A DNA stretch of 64,000 nucleotides, taken from contig JBAZQN010000012.1 in assembly GCA_041645165.1 (NCBI GenBank), forward strand, positions 636 through 64,635. Direction: 5' to 3'. This document shows, piece after piece, positions 1 through 10,193 of the stretch. The notes under the pieces were generated by a model, which saw only the letters and a list, made by a program, of their open reading frames with translations, was not told the DNA's origin and searched no databases. Both the position numbers and the translations under genes were made by a program. The stretch's first letter is position 1. The number at the start of each line of letters is the position of its first letter. The DNA is from Patescibacteria group bacterium (GTDB lineage Bacteria; Patescibacteriota; Patescibacteriia; 2-02-FULL-49-11).

Positions 1-2
1 AA

Positions 3-3000
3 GCCCCCTTAAGAGTGCAGACGCAGCTGTTGAATAAGCGGACGGGAGAGAAGCGCGAGCAGGAGATCTACCTCGGCGATTTCCCCATCATGACCGATCG
101 CGGCACCTTTGTGGTGAACGGCATTGAGCGCGTAGTCGTATCCCAGCTCATCCGTTCCGCAGGGGTGTTTTTTACTTCCGAATATTTCCGCGGACGGCGG
201 TGGTACGGCGCGAAAATCATTCCCAACCGCGGCGCGTGGCTTGAAATCGAGACCGCGCCCTCTGGCGTGATTTCCGTCAAGATTGACCGGAAGAGAAAGG
301 TGCCCGTCTCGTCCCTCTTCCGCGCGTTCGGCATGGGCAATGACGAAGAAATTTTGGCGTACTTCAAAGAGGTTGATACTGATCCCGAATTAAGCTACAT
401 GGGCATCACCGTGGCAAAAGATATTGCGCACAGCGAAGGGGAAGGCCTTCGTGAGGTGTATAAGCGCATCCGTCCAGGAGACTTAGCTACCCTTGATAAC
501 GCGAAGTCGCTCATTTACGCCACCTTTTTCAACTTTGAGCGGTATGATTTCGGAAACGTCGGCAGATACAAGCTGAATCAGCGGTTTAAGAGAAATTGGC
601 CCTTGAATAAGGAGCACCGCGTGTTCAAGCGTGAAGACCTCATCGATATCGTGCGTGAGGTGGTGCGCCTCAATGTGAGCCAAGCGGAACCTGATGACAT
701 TGATCACCTTGGCAATCGGCGCGTGCGCGCCATCGGTGAATTGGTGCAAAACCGTTTTCGCGTAGGACTCATGCGGATGGAGCGCATTGTGCGCGACCGC
801 ATGTCTACGCTGGATATCGCCACGATTACGCCAGGGCAGCTCACCAATGCGCGGCCGGTGATCGGCGCCATCAAAGAATTTTTCATGAGTTCGCAGCTTT
901 CGCAGTTCATGGACCAGACCAACCCCTTAGCAGAGCTTGAACACAAGCGCAGGCTGTCTGCGATGGGGCCGGGAGGGCTTTCTCGTGAGCGCGCGGGATT
1001 CGAGGTGCGGGATGTCCATCGCACGCACTACGGCCGCATCTGCCCCATCTCAACTCCTGAAGGGCCGAACATTGGCTTGGTGGGCCACCTTGCGAGCTAT
1101 GCGCGGGTGAATGAGTATGGATTTATTGAGACGCCATTCCTTCGCGTGAAACATGAAGTGGAAAATCGCACGGATGAGACTGATGGGGAGATCGCGCAGG
1201 AAGACTTCATCAACCCTGCTTCCGGTTCCGCGGTGGTATCCAAGGGTGACCAGATTACTCATGAGCGCGCGCTTCAGCTCGCGGGTATTATAGAAATAAA
1301 GAAAGTAAAGATGAAGCCTCGGGTAACCAATCAAATTGTATGGCTTGATGCATTTTCTGAAGAACGGTATATCACCGTCGCGGCCACCGCGCCGCACGAC
1401 GAGCAGGGCTATTTCCTCGCAGAACGCTGCGAAGTGCGCCAAGGAGGGAAGCCTACCATTGAACCAGTCGAGCGGATTAATTATATGGATGTGGCACCGA
1501 ATCAGATCGTCTCCATAGCGACCTCCCTTATACCATTTCTTGAGCATGACGATGCGGTGCGCGCGCTCATGGGCACCAATATGCAGCGCCAATCAGTGCC
1601 GTGCGTCCGCCCTGAATCTCCGCTGGTGGGCACAGGGGTAGAGCGGCGGGCAGCGCAGGATTCAGGCCATGTGATTGTGAGCTCGGTGGAGGGAACGGTA
1701 AAGACAGTGCGGGGAGATTTTGTCGCCATTGAGGGCAAAGACGGGAAACTGTATGAATATCCCTTAAGGAAGTTTGTGCGCTCCAACGCCTCCACCTGCC
1801 TCAATCAGCGCCCTTTGGTGAACCCGGGGGAGACCGTGACGAAGGGGACCGTGATCGCGGACGGCGCCGCGTCTGACCATGGGGATCTGGCGCTTGGGTC
1901 AAACCTTCTTGTCGCATTCATGATTTGGGAAGGCGGAAATTATGAAGATGCCATCCTTATTTCCGAGCGTGTCGTGGAGAAGGACCGTTATACGTCCATT
2001 CATATTGAAGACTATGTCATCGACGTGCGGGAAACGAAACTGGGGCCGGAAGTGGTCACGCGCGATATCCCGAACGTGGGCGAGGAAAAGCTTAAAGATC
2101 TTGATGAACGCGGCATCGTGCGTATAGGCGCCCAGGTGTCATCCGGGGACATCCTCGTGGGGAAAATCACTCCCAAAGGGGAAACGGAGCTCTCGGCGGA
2201 GGAGCGGCTGCTGCGCGCCATATTCGGCGAGAAAGCAAAAGAAGTGAGGGACTCGTCGCTCTATCTGGAGCATGGCGAACACGGCAAGGTGGTGGACGTG
2301 AAGATATTTTCCCGCAACGAAGGCGATAAATTGCCCTCAGGCGTCATTGAGCAGATTCAAGTGTCGGTGGCGCGGTTAAGGAAGGTGCAGGTAGGCGATA
2401 AAATGGCGGGGCGCCACGGCAATAAGGGCGTAATCTCGCGCATCGTGCCCGTGGAAGACATGCCTTACCTTGAGGACGGCACGCCCGTGGACATTATCCT
2501 GAATCCTTTGGGCGTGGCGTCGCGCATGAACATCGGGCAGATTCTCGAGACGCACCTTGGGCTCGCCGCACATGCACTCGGCTACAAGGTGGCGACGCCT
2601 CCGTTCCATGGCGTGCCTGAAGAATATATCAAGGATGAGCTTGAGAAGGCAGGGTACCGGAGAGACGGGAAGATGACGCTCTATGACGGCAGAAGCGGCA
2701 ATCCATTCGACCTTTCGGTCACGGTCGGCTATATCTATATAATGAAGCTTAACCATTTGGTGGAAGACAAAATACACCAGCGCTCCATAGGCCCGTATTC
2801 GCTGGTCACGCAGCAGCCCCTGGGAGGGAAAGCGCAATTCGGCGGCCAGCGATTTGGGGAAATGGAAGTGTGGGCGCTTGAAGCATACGGCGCCGCGCAT
2901 ATGCTCCAGGAGATGCTCACCATTAAATCTGACGACGTGGTGGGCCGCTCGAAAGCGTATGAGTCTATTATCAAGGGCGAGCCTATCAGGCGCCTCAACG

Positions 3001-3116
3001 TGCCGGAGTCATTCAACGTACTCATTAGGGAGCTCAAAGGCCTCTGCTTGGATGTGGAATTATTGAAAGAAGGCAATGTGGTGGCAAACGAGGTGGGAGG
3101 AGAGAAACGGTCATAA
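3..3116 (+). CDS. rpoB: RNA polymerase beta subunit (5'-truncated by window edge)
   Basis: Motifs [42 protein letters not shown]; frame open from the window start. Confidence 0.99.
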   Translation, partial: APLRVQTQLLNKRTGEKREQEIYLGDFPIMTDRGTFVVNGIERVVVSQLIRSAGVFFTSEYFRGRRWYGAKIIPNRGAWLEIETAPSGVISVKIDRKRKVPVSSLFRAFGMGNDEEILAYFKEVDTDPELSYMGITVAKDIAHSEGEGLREVYKRIRPGDLATLDNAKSLIYATFFNFERYDFGNVGRYKLNQRFKRNWPLNKEHRVFKREDLIDIVREVVRLNVSQAEPDDIDHLGNRRVRAIGELVQNRFRVGLMRMERIVRDRMSTLDIATITPGQLTNARPVIGAIKEFFMSSQLSQFMDQTNPLAELEHKRRLSAMGPGGLSRERAGFEVRDVHRTHYGRICPISTPEGPNIGLVGHLASYARVNEYGFIETPFLRVKHEVENRTDETDGEIAQEDFINPASGSAVVSKGDQITHERALQLAGIIEIKKVKMKPRVTNQIVWLDAFSEERYITVAATAPHDEQGYFLAERCEVRQGGKPTIEPVERINYMDVAPNQIVSIATSLIPFLEHDDAVRALMGTNMQRQSVPCVRPESPLVGTGVERRAAQDSGHVIVSSVEGTVKTVRGDFVAIEGKDGKLYEYPLRKFVRSNASTCLNQRPLVNPGETVTKGTVIADGAASDHGDLALGSNLLVAFMIWEGGNYEDAILISERVVEKDRYTSIHIEDYVIDVRETKLGPEVVTRDIPNVGEEKLKDLDERGIVRIGAQVSSGDILVGKITPKGETELSAEERLLRAIFGEKAKEVRDSSLYLEHGEHGKVVDVKIFSRNEGDKLPSGVIEQIQVSVARLRKVQVGDKMAGRHGNKGVISRIVPVEDMPYLEDGTPVDIILNPLGVASRMNIGQILETHLGLAAHALGYKVATPPFHGVPEEYIKDELEKAGYRRDGKMTLYDGRSGNPFDLSVTVGYIYIMKLNHLVEDKIHQRSIGPYSLVTQQPLGGKAQFGGQRFGEMEVWALEAYGAAHMLQEMLTIKSDDVVGRSKAYESIIKGEPIRRLNVPESFNVLIRELKGLCLDVELLKEGNVVANEVGGEKRS

Positions 3117-3124
3117 CAAACAAC

Positions 3125-3214
3125 AATCCAAAACCCAAAATGTAAAAACCAAAATGATACGCCAAAATTTTCAATTTTACATTTTCATTTTGGAGTTTGG
3201 ATTTTGCATTTTGA
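3125..3214. repeat. Imperfect palindromic element of ~7-nt AT-rich units between rpoB and rpoC
   Basis: aatccaaaacccaaaatgtaaaa... mirrored by ...ttttcattttggagtttggattttg. Confidence 0.75.
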
Positions 3215-3221
3215 TTCTCTT

Positions 3222-6200
3222 ATGATGTTTGAAGAACAACACCCCTCTACTGATTTTGACGCGATACGCCTGCGCCTCGCCAGCCCTGAGGTGATGAGGA
3301 AGTGGTCCTATGGAGAGGTGACGAAACCAGAAACCATCAACTACCGCACGCAGAAGCCGGAGAAGGATGGTTTGTTTGACGAGCGCATTTTCGGCCCCAC
3401 GAAAGATTGGGAGTGTTACTGCGGGAAGTACAAACGTATCCGCTACAAGGGCATCGTATGCGATAAGTGCGGCGTCGAGGTGACGCGCGCGGTCGTGCGC
3501 CGGGAGAGGATGGGTCATATAAACCTTGCCGCGCCCGTCACCCATATTTGGTTCTTACGGAGCGTCCCGTCCAATATCGGGCTCATGCTTGACCTCTCGG
3601 TGCAGGAGCTTGAGAAGGTAGTGTACTTTGCAAATTTCATCGTGCTCAAGGTGAATGAGGAGTTGAGGCAGGCAACCCTTCAGCAAGTCCAGGATGAGCA
3701 CAAGACGAGGAAGAAGGAGATTGAGCGGGAGTGGGAACAAACGCACAGCGCTCTCATGGCGGATAAAAACGCGAGCGGCGTCAGCGAGCGTGTGGTCCAG
3801 CTCCAGCGGCAAAAGGAAGAGCGTCTTAAGGAGCTGGAGAGCGCCGTAATACTTGCGCGTAAGGAAATCACCGAATTGAAACCGCTCATGACCATGTCGG
3901 AGTCGCAGTACCAGGATTTGGCGCTGAAGTACGGCCATGTATTTGAAGCGGGGATTGGCGCGGAAGCAGTCTACGAACTACTCAAGAGCATCGACCTTGC
4001 CGCGCTCGTGCGCGAGCTTGAGGATGAAGCGCATGAAGTGGTGGCGTCAAAACAGAAAAGGGTTTTAAAGCGGCTGAAGCTCACGAAAACATTTCTCCTC
4101 AATGGGATACGCCCGGAATGGCTGGTGCTTACCGTCGTGCCTGTAGTACCTCCTGATTTGCGTCCGATGGTGCAGCTTGATGGAGGGCGTTTCGCCGCGT
4201 CCGACTTGAATGACCTCTACCGCCGCGTCATCAACCGCAATAATCGCCTGAAGCGCCTACTGGAACTTAATGCGCCTGAGGTGATTACCAGGAATGAAAA
4301 ACGCATGTTGCAGGAAGCAGTGGACGCTTTGATTGACAACAGCGCGCGCCACGGCAAAACCGTCACCGCGTCCACCGGGCAGAAGAGGATGCTCAAATCC
4401 CTTGCCGATATTTTGAAGGGGAAACAAGGGCGTTTCCGCCAGAACCTGTTGGGGAAGCGCGTGGACTATTCCGGACGTTCGGTCATCGTGGTGGGGCCGC
4501 ATCTTTTACTCCACCAATGCGGGCTCCCTAAGAGAATGGCGCTCGAACTTTTCAAGCCGTTCGTGATTGCGAAGCTCATCGCGGGAGAATACGTCCATAA
4601 CGTGCGTTCTGCCAACCGGTTTATCGAATCCGGGCGGAGCGAAGTGTGGGATATTCTTGAAGAGGTGACGAAAAATTCCCACGTCTTGCTCAACCGCGCG
4701 CCCACCCTGCACCGGTTGGGAATCGAGGCGTTTCAGCCGATCCTTATTGAAGGGAAAGCAATTCAGGTCCACCCTCTGGTGTGCCCTCCTTTCAACGCGG
4801 ATTTCGACGGAGACCAGATGGCGGTGCATGTGCCGCTCACGGAAGAGGCAAAAAAAGAAGCGCGGGAGTTGATGCTCGCGTCCCGTAATATTTTAAAACC
4901 CGCGACAGGCGATCCCGTGATGGCTCCCCAGCAAGATCTCGTCTTGGGCTGTTTCTATCTTTCAACGTTTACGCGCGAGTCCTCTGAACTTCCCCAAACC
5001 GCATTAAAAAAGTTTTTCAATTCGGACGAGGCACTTACCGCATATGAAGTGGGCAGTATCCGTTTGCGCGAGCGGATACTGGTGCGCTACAGAGGCGCGC
5101 TCCTTGATACTTCAGTGGGCCGCATCATATTCAATGAGACGCTTCCCGAACAACTGCGGTTCGTGAACGAGGTGCTGGACAAGTCGAGATTGCGCTCACT
5201 TATCGCAAGGAACGTGGAGCACTTTGGCATTGAACCGACCGCACTGCTGTTAGACGAGATAAAGCGACTTTCTCTTGAGTATCTCACTATGTCAGGCATC
5301 TCTTGGGGCATGGATGACCTGCCGAAACTTCCTGAAAAAGATGCGATTGTTGCGAGCGCGGATAAGGAGGTGGATGAGGTGGAATCCATGTATGAACAAG
5401 GGTTACTTACTGATGACGAGCGCCATACCAAAGTGATTGAGATTTGGGCGCGGGTGAAAGATGAAGTGACGAAAATATCCAAAAAAAGCCTTGACCGCAA
5501 CGGTTCGGTCTATGCGATGATCGAGTCAGGCGCGCGCGGCAGCTGGGCGCAGATTACGCAAATGATGGGTATGAAAGGGAACGTGGCAAACCCCGCCGGT
5601 GATCTCATTGAATTGCCGGTCAAAGCAAGTTTCAAAGAAGGCCTTGAGGTGCTTGAATATTTCATATCCACCCACGGCGCGCGCAAAGGCTTGTCTGATA
5701 CCGCATTAAGGACTGCCAATGCGGGCTATCTGACGCGGCGCTTGATTGATGTGTCCCAGGATGTGGTTATCTTGGAGGAGGACTGTGGCGACACTGAAGG
5801 ACTTGCCATTACCAAGGAAGACAGCGAGGAGATGGGAGAGACTATTGCAGCGCGGGTACGGGGCAGGAAATTAGCTGCGGCGATAAAGGAACCCTCCACC
5901 AAGAAGGTGATTGCCAAAAAAGGGGAGACCGTGACTGATGAGCTTGCGCGGCAGATTGAATCTCTCAACTTGGACTTGGTGAAGATACGGTCCGCGCTCT
6001 CGTGCAAGACGCTTCGGGGTTTATGTGCCGCCTGTTATGGATGGGATTTGGGATACAATAAAGATGTTGCGAAGGGGACTGCCGTGGGTATTATCGCTGC
6101 GCAGTCCATAGGAGAGCCTGGCACCCAGCTCACTATGCGCACGTTCCATACGGGCGGTGTGGCCGGATCAGATATCACTCAAGGTCTCCCTCGTGTGGAG

Positions 6201-7082
6201 GAGCTTTTTGAAGCGCGTCCGGTGAAACGCCCCGCGCTCATGGCGCCCATTGAAGGCACGGTCGCGATTGGAGACGCGGCATCTGTGCCGGGGCAGGGGG
6301 GCAGGCAGCGCATCATTACCATAACCGGCAAGGAACTGCATGAGGAAAAAATTGAAATTGGTCCTGCCGACCTTGACCAGCTTCTCGTGAAGGACGGGGA
6401 GAAGGTGAAGCGCAATGCAGTGCTTCTTGAAACTGCTACCAAGAAGGTCATTGCCCCCATCGCAGGGGTCGTGGAAGTGCGCGAGGGTGAAGGCGGGCGG
6501 CTCTTGCTTATTATCAAGACGGAGCGCGACGCCACTAAAGAGCTTATTGTCCCTGCGGGGATAGGGCTCTGGGTTCGCGAAGGCGACACTGTGGAACGCG
6601 GAGACCAGTTGACGGAAGGGTCGCTTGATTTGCATGAGCTTTTTGCCTTAAAAGGCAAAGAAGCGGTGCAAAAATATGTGATCAAAGAGATTCAGTATAT
6701 CTATTCTTCGCAGGGGCAGAAGCTCAACGATAAACATATCGAGATCATCGTGCGCCAGATATTCTCCCGCGTGTATATTATGAGCGCAGGCGATAGCGAA
6801 TTCCTGCCCGGGGAAGTGGTGGAATTATCGGAGTTTGAGTCAATGAACAGGGATATTATCGCGCGCGGCAAGAAGCCTGCGACCAGCAAACAGCTGCTCT
6901 TAGGCATCACCAAGTCATCGCTCTCGACTTCCTCATTCCTCTCTGCCGCGTCGTTCCAGGAAACCGCGCGCGTGCTCATTGACGCGGCGGTGTCAGGCAA
7001 GGTGGATCACTTGAGGGGCCTCAAAGAAAATGTCATCATCGGCCGGCTCATCCCCGCAGGCACCGGGTTCAGGAAGACGTAG
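3222..7082 (+). CDS. rpoC: RNA polymerase beta' subunit
   Basis: Catalytic NADFDGDQMAVH, zinc finger CYCGKYK...CDKC, GEPGTQLTMRTFH; ATG at 3222. Confidence 0.99.
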   Translation: MMFEEQHPSTDFDAIRLRLASPEVMRKWSYGEVTKPETINYRTQKPEKDGLFDERIFGPTKDWECYCGKYKRIRYKGIVCDKCGVEVTRAVVRRERMGHINLAAPVTHIWFLRSVPSNIGLMLDLSVQELEKVVYFANFIVLKVNEELRQATLQQVQDEHKTRKKEIEREWEQTHSALMADKNASGVSERVVQLQRQKEERLKELESAVILARKEITELKPLMTMSESQYQDLALKYGHVFEAGIGAEAVYELLKSIDLAALVRELEDEAHEVVASKQKRVLKRLKLTKTFLLNGIRPEWLVLTVVPVVPPDLRPMVQLDGGRFAASDLNDLYRRVINRNNRLKRLLELNAPEVITRNEKRMLQEAVDALIDNSARHGKTVTASTGQKRMLKSLADILKGKQGRFRQNLLGKRVDYSGRSVIVVGPHLLLHQCGLPKRMALELFKPFVIAKLIAGEYVHNVRSANRFIESGRSEVWDILEEVTKNSHVLLNRAPTLHRLGIEAFQPILIEGKAIQVHPLVCPPFNADFDGDQMAVHVPLTEEAKKEARELMLASRNILKPATGDPVMAPQQDLVLGCFYLSTFTRESSELPQTALKKFFNSDEALTAYEVGSIRLRERILVRYRGALLDTSVGRIIFNETLPEQLRFVNEVLDKSRLRSLIARNVEHFGIEPTALLLDEIKRLSLEYLTMSGISWGMDDLPKLPEKDAIVASADKEVDEVESMYEQGLLTDDERHTKVIEIWARVKDEVTKISKKSLDRNGSVYAMIESGARGSWAQITQMMGMKGNVANPAGDLIELPVKASFKEGLEVLEYFISTHGARKGLSDTALRTANAGYLTRRLIDVSQDVVILEEDCGDTEGLAITKEDSEEMGETIAARVRGRKLAAAIKEPSTKKVIAKKGETVTDELARQIESLNLDLVKIRSALSCKTLRGLCAACYGWDLGYNKDVAKGTAVGIIAAQSIGEPGTQLTMRTFHTGGVAGSDITQGLPRVEELFEARPVKRPALMAPIEGTVAIGDAASVPGQGGRQRIITITGKELHEEKIEIGPADLDQLLVKDGEKVKRNAVLLETATKKVIAPIAGVVEVREGEGGRLLLIIKTERDATKELIVPAGIGLWVREGDTVERGDQLTEGSLDLHELFALKGKEAVQKYVIKEIQYIYSSQGQKLNDKHIEIIVRQIFSRVYIMSAGDSEFLPGEVVELSEFESMNRDIIARGKKPATSKQLLLGITKSSLSTSSFLSAASFQETARVLIDAAVSGKVDHLRGLKENVIIGRLIPAGTGFRKT

Positions 7083-7126
7083 TCAAGATTATTTCAACCT
7101 TACAACATACACTTTACACCAATTTG

Positions 7127-7166
7127 AAAAGCTGTTATCAGGATGTTACCTAATAACAGCTTTTTT
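7127..7166. terminator. Probable bidirectional intrinsic terminator
   Basis: aaaagctgttat...ataacagctttttt between convergent rpoC and permease. Confidence 0.75.
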
Positions 7167-7174
7167 GAGTGTCT

Positions 7175-7816
7175 TTAACCTTCGGTTAGTTTCCTCTCGA
7201 TTCGCTTCCCCACTAACTCAAGAGGAAGAATGATAATGAGGTACATTGTGGCAAGCGCCGTATATACCTCCATCGGCCGAAAGGTTTCGGCGTTTATGCT
7301 CGCCGCTCGATTCACCAGCTCTCCCACCCCAATCACCGAGGCGAGCGAGGTGAGTTTGATGGACGTAATCCACTCGCCCATCAAGTTGGGCAACATATTT
7401 CTAACAGCTTGTGGCAAGATAATATGCCACATCGTCTGCCACCACGTCGCCCCTTCCATTGCGGCCGCTTCGATCTGATTCCTCGGGATAGTTTCGATCC
7501 CTGCCCTAATGTTCTCTGCCGCATATGCAGCTAGGTTCAGAGCGAGGGCAATGACGGCAGAGATAAATGCCGTCCAAAACGGGACCTGATAATAAATCCC
7601 AAGGATCAATACTAGTGCAGGTATCGCTCGGAACACCACAATATAGATGCCTGCCAGGGTTCGCAATATGGGATTGCGAGATTTCCTGGCAAGCGCGAGC
7701 GCAGCTCCGAGTATAGTGCCGAATACGACCGTTAAGACAGATAATGCAGCAGTCATGAACGCACCATAGAGAAACGCCTCTCGATACCGCCAGAAAATAC
7801 TCCAATCCCATACCAT
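7175..7816 (-). CDS. Polar amino acid ABC transporter permease (HisM/GlnP-like)
   Basis: FRAIPALV, AYAAENIRAGIETIPRNQIEAA (EAA loop), IILPQAVRNMLP; AGGAGGT before ATG 7816. Confidence 0.93.
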   Translation of the reverse strand: MVWDWSIFWRYREAFLYGAFMTAALSVLTVVFGTILGAALALARKSRNPILRTLAGIYIVVFRAIPALVLILGIYYQVPFWTAFISAVIALALNLAAYAAENIRAGIETIPRNQIEAAAMEGATWWQTMWHIILPQAVRNMLPNLMGEWITSIKLTSLASVIGVGELVNRAASINAETFRPMEVYTALATMYLIIILPLELVGKRIERKLTEG

Positions 7817-7830
7817 TACAATCACCTCCT

Positions 7831-8640
7831 TTACTTGTGAACTACACGGATGCCGTATTTTGCTTCAAGCATCCGAACTACTCCCTTCTCAACCAACAAA
7901 TCAATATGAACTTGTAAAAAGCCTCTCCACTCATCATCCCCCTTTCTCACTGCCCAAGCGGCAGCGGTGAGACCGAACGGGTTTTCGGCAAAAGGATTCA
8001 CAACCTCATTGGCGTGGGCTTTAACAAAAAGGTCAATCACGTCTGTCCCCCCAATGGCGACATCAGCTCTTCCCGAAAGAACTTCAAGAGCGAATCGTGT
8101 GACGTCTGCCGACTCCACAGCTATGCGCTTAATTTTGGCATGAGGTAAGTGTTGCGCTACCCACGGATCTGCGGCTTCCCCTGTAGCAACAATAATGTCG
8201 CATTCAGACGTGTCGAAATCAGCAACGTCGGTGATGCCCGCAAATCTCGCATTATCTTTTCTGACGATTGCGCCGTACCCCATATAAAACCAAGGGCTAG
8301 TGAAGTCGACGACCTTAAGACGCGACTCAGTGATGTAGAGCTCCGCCGCGACGACGTCACTCCGATGTGACGTCAGGGTTGTAACGGCAGTCCCCCAAGT
8401 GGCCTCATTCCAATGGACACGAGCTCCTATATGGGAGGCAAGACTGTCCATTAGCTCGATCATGTAGCCCGAACGAATACCCGTGATTGGGTCTTTGATC
8501 GAGAACGGTGGATTGACCACCGTCGTTGCCCTAATAACGCAGGTTCGACGAACCCTTTGTAAGGTAGGTCCTTCCTGCTTCTGGCACGCACTAAAGATAA
8601 GTGTCACGCCAAACAGCATCAAGTAAATATTCCGTTTCAT
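7831..8640 (-). CDS. Amino acid ABC transporter substrate-binding lipoprotein (family 3)
   Basis: Lipobox FSAC; NPPFS, ITESRLKVVDFTSP, GRADVA. Confidence 0.9.
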   Translation of the reverse strand: MKRNIYLMLFGVTLIFSACQKQEGPTLQRVRRTCVIRATTVVNPPFSIKDPITGIRSGYMIELMDSLASHIGARVHWNEATWGTAVTTLTSHRSDVVAAELYITESRLKVVDFTSPWFYMGYGAIVRKDNARFAGITDVADFDTSECDIIVATGEAADPWVAQHLPHAKIKRIAVESADVTRFALEVLSGRADVAIGGTDVIDLFVKAHANEVVNPFAENPFGLTAAAWAVRKGDDEWRGFLQVHIDLLVEKGVVRMLEAKYGIRVVHK

Positions 8641-8699
8641 GGTTTACTCCTCTCTAAGTTAGGTTGTCAAAAAGCAATGTAATTTATATTAAACGTGGA

Positions 8700-8728
8700 A
8701 GTATATAGGAAATAATACGATTTGTCAA
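8700..8728 (-). promoter_or_regulatory. Sigma70 promoter for the ABC genes
   Basis: TTGACA-17 nt-TATACT on the minus strand; palindrome GTGTATACAC at 8733-8742 just upstream. Confidence 0.7.
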
Positions 8729-8842
8729 GATTGTGTATACACTAATATAATACTTTACAAGGCTTATTTTTTGATATATAATTAAATTGTCGAAGATTAT
8801 TTACAACATGGTTCGACAAATTCACCATGACAATTATGAAAT

Positions 8843-9634
8843 ATGCCTGAAATTAGCCAACTCCTCTCCCAACTCGGCCTTGGAGAAAAAGAAGTGAAGG
8901 TATTCTTAGGTCTCGTTAAGCTTGGTTCCTCAACCGTGAGCGAGATTGCAGACGAAGCGAAAATCACTCGCACCCATGTTTACGAACTGGCGGAGTCTCT
9001 CAAGAAGAAAGGACTCCTCACGCTCTCTGGCACTGCAGGAATCCGTAAATATGAAGCGCTTGATCATGCCGGTCTCTTAGCCTTTATTTCCCATAAACAA
9101 AAAGAGCTCCAAGAGCTCGAAAAATCGCTTGCTCATGCGGCCAATCAGTTTAATTCCTTGCAGAAAGGTGGAAAATTAAAGACCAAAGTCCGTTTCTTTG
9201 AAGGAGTAAAAGGGATTGAAGCGATTTATCATGAAGTAAAACGCGACTGTAACGCCATGGCGCCTGGCTATGACCTTTTGGTGATATTCTCACCCGGACG
9301 AGTGGAAAAGCTTATGCCAGGATGGTTCAAGAAAGAACTTTATTTTGACGAGCCAGGCATGAGAAAACGCGGCATTCTCGCAGACACGGAATTTACGAAA
9401 CATTTCATTGAAAAGTTGAAAACAAGTAAATATGAACAGCACTATAAAATTTGGCCAAAAGAAAGAGGTGAATTTCCTACTGATACTGTCAGTTGGTCAA
9501 ACAAAATGTTCCTCATCGATCTCATCGACTACCCATCCGGCATTATCATAGAAGACGCAGCCATCGTGAAGTCGTTTAAGATGTGGTTCGACCTCATGTG
9601 GGAGCAATTGCCATTAAGCGTGACCATTCCATGA
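8843..9634 (+). CDS. TrmB-family transcriptional regulator
   Basis: LGLGEKEVKVFLGL...ITRTHVYELAESLKKKGL winged HTH; KVRFFEGVKGI. Confidence 0.9.
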   Translation: MPEISQLLSQLGLGEKEVKVFLGLVKLGSSTVSEIADEAKITRTHVYELAESLKKKGLLTLSGTAGIRKYEALDHAGLLAFISHKQKELQELEKSLAHAANQFNSLQKGGKLKTKVRFFEGVKGIEAIYHEVKRDCNAMAPGYDLLVIFSPGRVEKLMPGWFKKELYFDEPGMRKRGILADTEFTKHFIEKLKTSKYEQHYKIWPKERGEFPTDTVSWSNKMFLIDLIDYPSGIIIEDAAIVKSFKMWFDLMWEQLPLSVTIP

Positions 9635-9842
9635 TTCAGTGTGGAGTTTCATCGCAAGCGTTGGCTTTAGGATGATGTGGTCATATAATAAGCTGTCGGT
9701 GAACGAAGTGAGAACAATTAATATTCAATATAACGCTATTGATAGAATCGATAGCGTTTTTTTCTGTTTTCACGATCACCGTGCGATAGATAGCAGACCT
9801 CTTTATCCTTGGCATTATTTCCTCTGTTTCCGCAACCCCCTT

Positions 9843-9874
9843 AAACCCGCATTTACCTGGTAGATGCGGGTTTT
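9843..9874. terminator. Terminator-like hairpin
   Basis: aaacccgcattt...agatgcgggtttt. Confidence 0.55.
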
Positions 9875-9974
9875 GTCTTGGGTATTTTACTGAAGTGCCT
9901 GTCTAGAACAACTCCTGCATAAAAATGCGAAATTATGATATACTAACAGCATTCATGTAACAGAATTTCAATCC

Positions 9975-10171
9975 TTCTGCGTTATTCTGCGTGTAAATCT
10001 GCGTTCTTCCGCTTCTATTGGTATAGAAGCAGACCCGCCTGCCAACGCCTATAGACATAGGCAGAATGCAGTATGATTATAGGCCTAGAGTAACGGTCGT
10101 ATCTCATTTCAGGGAATAGGCAATGGCGGGCGGGTATACGCTGATGGTGACGCAGATGTACGCAGAAGTAA
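9975..10171. repeat. TCTGCG/CGCAGA palindromic repeat carrying an inserted 103-nt hairpin (10033-10135)
   Basis: ttctgcg units mirrored by cgcaga units; related uninterrupted copy at 15388-15480. Confidence 0.75.
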
Positions 10172-10193
10172 CTGAAGTACTAAGCTGATTATT

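Noticed and set aside
68-7000. Many antisense and overlapping ORFs within rpoB/rpoC and other long genes
   Set aside because: Shadow ORFs expected from codon bias
9639-9863. 74-aa ORF after the TrmB gene
   Set aside because: GTG start without support, spans hairpins, no recognisable motif
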